NCBI GenBank assembly: GCA_043228905.1 | Contig: JBHGNT010000012.1 | Location: 17,546,001 to 17,610,000, forward strand | Reading direction: 5' to 3' | From: Azolla caroliniana | Taxonomy: Eukaryota; Plantae; Polypodiophyta | DNA length: 64,000 bases | In this document: one piece after another, positions 59,003 through 64,000 of the stretch | Layout of the letters: the number at the start of each line of letters is the position of its first letter | Position numbering within the stretch: the first letter of the stretch is position 1 | Notes under the pieces: generated by a model | The model's input: the letters and a program-made list of their open reading frames with translations, nothing else | Told to the model about the DNA's origin: nothing | The model's database searches: none | Translations under genes and position numbers: made by a program

Positions 59003-60454
59003 TGTTATGACATATACCAAAACTCCAAGACTTGTAATAGAGATTCAAACCCATGACCTCTTGAAAGAGGATGTGTAACCTCAACCACTAGGATACAAAT
59101 TACATACATTTATTAATTTATAAATTCTATTAGATCAATTGGAAACATATATAATATTATGAAATGTCACCACTGCATAGACTAATGTATGATTACCAAG
59201 TGTCATGCTTGCATGAATGCCAAGTGGCGATCATGCATGCCTATGAGGTGGTGAACATGGATGGATCCAAAGCATGCTATATAAACATGTACCTAAGTAT
59301 TGATGAACCATTCCGGTTCAAACTATTAGGGCCGTGGCCAAAGACAACTTTAAAGTGAAGAAGAGAATGCTAAGTGGAAAATAAAAGAGGAATGAGAGAG
59401 AAATAAGAAGATTTTGATAATGTATTAACAATGAGAACAAGGATTACAAGTGTTTCTGTGGTGTGTTCGTGACAGTTTCCAAAATGTGGAGATAAACCGT
59501 GGGCCTCAATCACTAATGATATCGTTAGAAAGACCATGATGCCGAAATACTTCACGCATAACTAAATCTGTTGTCTCTTGACTATTAATAGTGGTTGTGC
59601 ATGGTAGAAAATGTGCCATATTAGTGAACTAATCCACAACTGTAAGGACGGAATCAAAACCTTTGGAAGATGGAATATCCGTAATGAAATCCATAGAATT
59701 TGACATAGACTTCTAGGGACCATCAGGAACTACTCAAAGAAGGTTCTGCCTCTTACACAATTAATACATAAAAACCAATGGCACCTTGTTTAGGGTAACA
59801 TGCTTTTGATCATCAAAAGTAGAGAAATTCATAATGCTCTTTCTCATCACTTACATAATGCTCAAGCCACCTATAAGAAATTTGCAGATCCACATCAACT
59901 TGATTCATCACCAGAAAGACCCAAATTTCAGGTTGGAGGTCGTGCATGGTTCTTACGACGTAATGTGAAGACCACTAGGCCTAGTAACAAGTTGGATTCA
60001 TCCAATGTTCCATGTCTCACTCTTGAAACCTTATGCTTCAAACTCTATTCTAGATTATGTTATTCCTCCTCCACCTCCTATTGAGCTTGATGATGACCTA
60101 GAATATGAAGCGAAAACCATTTTGGACTCCAAAGTTGTGAACAACAAATTGTATTATTTTGTTGATTGGTTGGGTTACACACCTACAAATTGAACATGGG
60201 TGCCAATTGAAAATCTCAATAATACTAGAGAACTTGTAGCTGAATTTCATCAACGATATCCGAATAGCCAAGTCCTAGTTTGTGCATTACGACTCGTAGA
60301 ACTCGTCGTCAAAGGAAGGGGATAATGTTATGAACATATCCAAAACTCAAAGACTTGTAATAGAGATTCAAACCCATGAAGATAAATAGGAAACATATAT
60401 AATATTATGAAATGTTGCCACCGCATAGGCTAACACATGATTACCAAGTGTCAT
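59003..60454 (+). mobile_element. internally deleted Gypsy chromovirus (5' LTR 59003-59474; integrase tail and chromodomain; truncated 3' LTR from 60326)
   Basis: Both LTRs begin TGTTATGA..ATAT.CCAAAACTC.AAGACTTGTAATAGAGATTCAAACCCATGA; the 5' LTR ends TCGTGACA; PPT AAGGAAGGGGATAA; FHVSLLKPY and chromodomain YEAKTILDSK....YYFVDWLGY. Confidence 0.85.
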
Positions 60455-60714
60455 GTGTTCCCTAATCCCTAGGAAGCACGGGTTGGATACTCAATCACTG
60501 AGTACCCTTCACCAAAGATCGTGTTCAGAGGGGATGGTTACAATGCACAAACCACAATTAACAATTATTGTTAGCCGAATCAAATATGACAATTCAGCTA
60601 CATAAACATAACAAGATTCGACCGATATACACACAGTCTAGATCGGCTAATAAGCAGACAGTTGAAATCGGCTATACCGCTAATCGGTTAATAATCATAT
60701 AGTAATTCAAAGCT

Positions 60715-60762
60715 TGTTAGGAATTTTCACACAAAGATCAATAGCAACAGGGTATTGTATGC

Positions 60763-60853
<91 letters not shown>

Positions 60854-61609
60854 TAGGCTTCATCTACATACCACTTTATACAAGATTCATGCCCTTTTTT
60901 ATAGGTAAGCGTGTGATGATACAATGCCAAATCACATCGGCACATACTTTTGGATCCTATCTCTTCGTCAAGAGTCATAGCTATTTTATCCTAATTAACA
61001 CACAAAGATCAATAGCAACAAGGTGTCAGAGATAGTACTAGAGGCAAGGAGAATTAGTACTAAAGATAGAGGAGAAGAATGAGGAATAGTACTAATAAGG
61101 GAGAGAGTGTGTGAGACCCACGTGAGAGGAGAGAGAGAGAGAGAGAGTAGAGAGAGATAATGATGACAACAAGAAGTATATCATATTATATGAAGAAAGA
61201 GATAAGAACAACTAGGAGGCTTAAGACTGGCGTTGAACCGAATTGGTTCGGAATAATGCCTTATGCCTCTATTTATAGCGTTGTCAAGATTACACTTGAA
61301 GTTTCTAGAATGTTCTAGAGTAATCTAGAATATACATGAATTTCCTATAGAAATTATCAATGAAACAAATATTTTTTATATTACAATTCATGGTTTAATG
61401 GTAAGGGTTCAACCCATGTAACACAAGGTCATGGGTTCGAACCCTTTTGGAGCTATGCCATATCATGACGCTTTATCTATAGACCACTTTATACAAGATT
61501 CATGCCCCTTTTTATACATAAGCATGTGATGATCCAACATCGAATCAAATTGGCACATACTTTCAGATCCTATCTCTTCATCAAGAGTCATAGCTATTTG
61601 ATCCTAATT
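60715..61609. mobile_element. short (~286-bp) LTR-like unit in tandem; second copy interrupted by a solo LTR
   Basis: TGTTAGG...TTAACA at 60715-61000 with (CT)n(CA)n inside. CACAAAGATCAATAGCAACA repeats at ~61001 and the 60871-60996 block repeats at 61484-61609. Confidence 0.55.
61024..61470 (-). mobile_element. solo LTR carrying a tRNA-like cassette
   Basis: Termini TGTCA... / ...TCATGACG; TATA (CTATAAATAG) on the minus strand at ~61269-61278; plus-strand A-box TGGTTTAATGG (61391) and B-box GGTTCGAACCC (61434). No TSD seen. Confidence 0.65.
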
Positions 61610-62149
61610 CTTCCATATTGCTTCATATCTACTATTATTTTAGCTACAATTTATACTAATATTTTATCTATTAATTTTTCTCCGGCTTCACATTGCTCCC
61701 TCCAAATTGGCTTCGGTTTGAATTGGCTTTGGCTTCTATACTATAGCCAACTCTTATCCGTTTCGGCCTACTCCTTGTTAGCTTCCCGCTCCTAAGGGTA
61801 ACACATGGCACGCATGTGGGACAATGCCTTGCATGCCGAACCCACAAAAAGTTCTTCAACTATCTTCCAAAATATCCATGATACTCGGCTTCGGCTCCTT
61901 GTTCTCCCTGTCGGTCATTGTCTGCCCTTTTCCTTTGGATCGGCTCCTATTCAACGTTTTCCTCTTTGACTCCCAATTTCAGCTGCTCTTCCTCAATCTT
62001 CTTGATCAACTGCTCTACTTGTTTCATCAGTTCCTCAATTTCAATGTTCAACATGGCCTACTCTTCCCTTGTCGGCTGTGATGGTTCCGACTGCGTCTCC
62101 TCTGCTTCTCCAAGTGGCTGCTCCTGCTCCTGTTCATCGGTTCCTTGCC

Positions 62150-63045
62150 CAACTTGAAAGACAAATATGTGTGCGGAAACGTATGTGAGGACCTGTCGGT
62201 TGTGCTCAGCAAACAACACAGAAGGAAGGCAAGAAGATATAGACTGATAATACACACACACACACACACACACACACAGATGAAGCTTTAATGGAAGATC
62301 TCTTTATTTTTGTTTCTCTCTCTCTCAGAGACTCGATGTATAGGATGATCAAATGACTCTCACTTTACAACGTTAGGTTATCACTTATATACTAAGCCCT
62401 AACTATATGTACGAGTTCATACTAGGATACAAAGTGGAAGGAGTCGGCCTTTTATGTGGGCGACAAACTCCCCTGTGAAAGGACTACTCTTTCCTACATG
62501 TACATATGTTTGGGGTTGTCTCCCCCGTAAACCTAGATTACAACAATAATCTAAATTTATGTTACAAGTCGGTCGGCATATAGTCGAGTCGGCATAGGTG
62601 AGGTCCGTGTTGAGCCTAGCCTGGCTCATTATCATGATTGATTCGGTCAACTCTTGCCTTCTGCTCCTCATTCGACTTTCTTATGCTCAGTCGCTTGTCA
62701 TAGTCCCATATTTGTCCTTAGTGCTTCAAAGCGTTGATCTAGGAGTGGCTTCGTTAGGAAATTGGGGATGTTCACCTCGGTGTCAATCTTCCAGACTTCG
62801 AGCCTCTTCTCGGTTATGAGCTCCCGAATGTGATGATACCGTACCTCAATATGCTTTTTCTTTGCATGATAAACAAGATTGTTGATGAGGTGTATTGCGC
62901 TCTGTGAATTGCAGTAGATGGTAGGCGTTGGTCGATCGATTCGGCCTGTAGCTGAAAAATCGGCAGACAATCGGTGCAGCCAGGTCGCTTCCTTCACTTC
63001 CTCTGATGTTGCTATGTACTCGGCCTATGTGGTCGACAGGGACGT
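62150..63045 (-). mobile_element. Ty1/Copia 3' relic (RNase H, PPT, probable LTR), cut at 63045 by a nested insertion
   Basis: SLSTT*AEY, KEATWL, IYCNSQSAIHL..N.VYHAKKKHIEVRYHHIRE, NFLTKPL; purine tract before ~62470. The LTR limit is approximate. Confidence 0.8.
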
Positions 63046-63729
63046 TGTGGTGATGTGGCATGTCTAGTGCGACAAAAAGTCAAAAATTGAGGATCCACAC
63101 ACATTTCACGAATACTTGTAAAAATGAAAATAAATAAACCTAGGTCGCAATCGCATTGAGTGCATGTAGAGGGTTGCAAGTAGGATTTGAACCTTGCACC
63201 TCTAAGATAAGAGGTAATTACCTTACCACTAAAGCTACTACTAAGTGCTTTGGATGTTCTATATTTCTTTCTCATATTCAGTATTCCGTAGGAAACAAAC
63301 AAACAAAACCGTGTACACAAAACCACGGTTTTAAGCCCATGGTTTCCTGCATGTCACAAAGCAAAACTGTGTGCACAGATACCATGGCTCCAAGCCCATG
63401 GTTTTGTGCATGGAAAAACCTATAAAACCCTTAGTACGTCTTGTGTAAGGGGGGGGCTCAATATGATATGACCATCATCATCACCATCAATAATATAAGC
63501 TTCTATTTCTTCTTCTTCACATCTATTTCTTCTTCTTTGCATCTATCTTGTAATTATATATCTACTTCTCAAGTGTACAATCTTCAATCTTCTCAAGTGT
63601 AATAGGTCTCTCCTCCAATCTTACATTCACATCGTCCTCTTCTCAATACCTTGACGAACATCCTCCTTGGTCCAAGACCCCGGTGGTCCCGCTCAAGCGA
63701 AGCATGCTCGCACGCGCATCTTCGCGACA
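63046..63729 (+). mobile_element. 5' LTR of a nested LTR retrotransposon (probably Gypsy), continuing past the window edge
   Basis: Starts TGTGGTGA exactly where Copia RNase H similarity breaks; ends TCGCGACA; TATAAAA at ~63421; followed by a PBS. Confidence 0.8.
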
Positions 63730-63733
63730 TCTT

Positions 63734-63751
63734 TGGTGAACCCGACGTGAA
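63734..63751 (+). promoter_or_regulatory. primer binding site complementary to tRNA-Trp 3' end
   Basis: TGGTGAACCCGACGTGAA is the reverse complement of ...TTCACGTCGGGTTCACCA, the plant cytosolic tRNA-Trp 3' end as I recall it. Confidence 0.8.
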
Positions 63752-63766
63752 GAGCGGTAAGGGAGG

Positions 63767-64000
63767 ATGAAGATGGACGAGGAATATCTAATGAAGGCAA
63801 TGTCAAAGATGATGATGGAGTTTTCAAGAGAATCGAAAACACGAGATGCGGCCCAACAAGCCGTTGAAAGCATGATCAAGCGAGTCGGGTTTTTCGATGG
63901 AGGCAAAGTCCAAATATTTCTAAAGGCCTACAATGCCGAAATGGATTCAAGGGGAGTGGAGGAAGCAATGAGGTTGGAGTACTTTTGTCGAGTGGTGGCC
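63767..64000 (+). CDS. gag-like ORF start (open to window end)
   Basis: MKMDEEYLMKAMSKMMMEFSRESKTRDAAQQAVESMIKRVGFFDGGKVQIFLKAYNAEMDSRG... begins 15 nt after the PBS; F.G..V..FL..Y resembles gag N-termini. Confidence 0.6.
   Translation, partial: MKMDEEYLMKAMSKMMMEFSRESKTRDAAQQAVESMIKRVGFFDGGKVQIFLKAYNAEMDSRGVEEAMRLEYFCRVVA

Noticed and set aside
59041-63237. Calling the A/B-box cassettes real tRNA genes
   Set aside because: No complete acceptor stem or cloverleaf could be built, and they lie inside LTRs.

Overview
Eukaryotic, repeat-rich plant nuclear DNA. It is most likely a fern or other seed-free plant, inferred from a DYW:WW-type PPR gene and the retroelement mix. There are no prokaryotic features. 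Five host genes are supported: an intronless EXORDIUM/PHI-1 gene (7360-8433, -); a spliced 74-aa single-TM microprotein gene missed by the ORF track (15667-15984, -); two convergent PLS-class PPR genes (29401-31236 +, E-type truncated; 34550-36949 -, degenerate DYW:WW-like domain lacking the Zn-binding His); and a 5-exon PBS1/PBL27-like receptor-like cytoplasmic kinase (43603-48931, -). The rest is layered mobile DNA. A near-intact young Ty1/Copia element (19813-25318) is nested in a LINE that itself splits a 65-bp tandem array. There is also an internally deleted relative (2126-4156), several L1-type and RTE-X-like LINE relics, Gypsy/chromovirus relics, a hAT-type MITE, a tRNA-Trp-primed LTR element at the right edge, and many tandem arrays. 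The most unusual recurring signal is an antisense tRNA-like Pol III A-box/B-box cassette in the 5' part of three different LTRs, with further relic copies elsewhere. Coordinates were read by eye and family assignments come from recalled motifs, not database searches.
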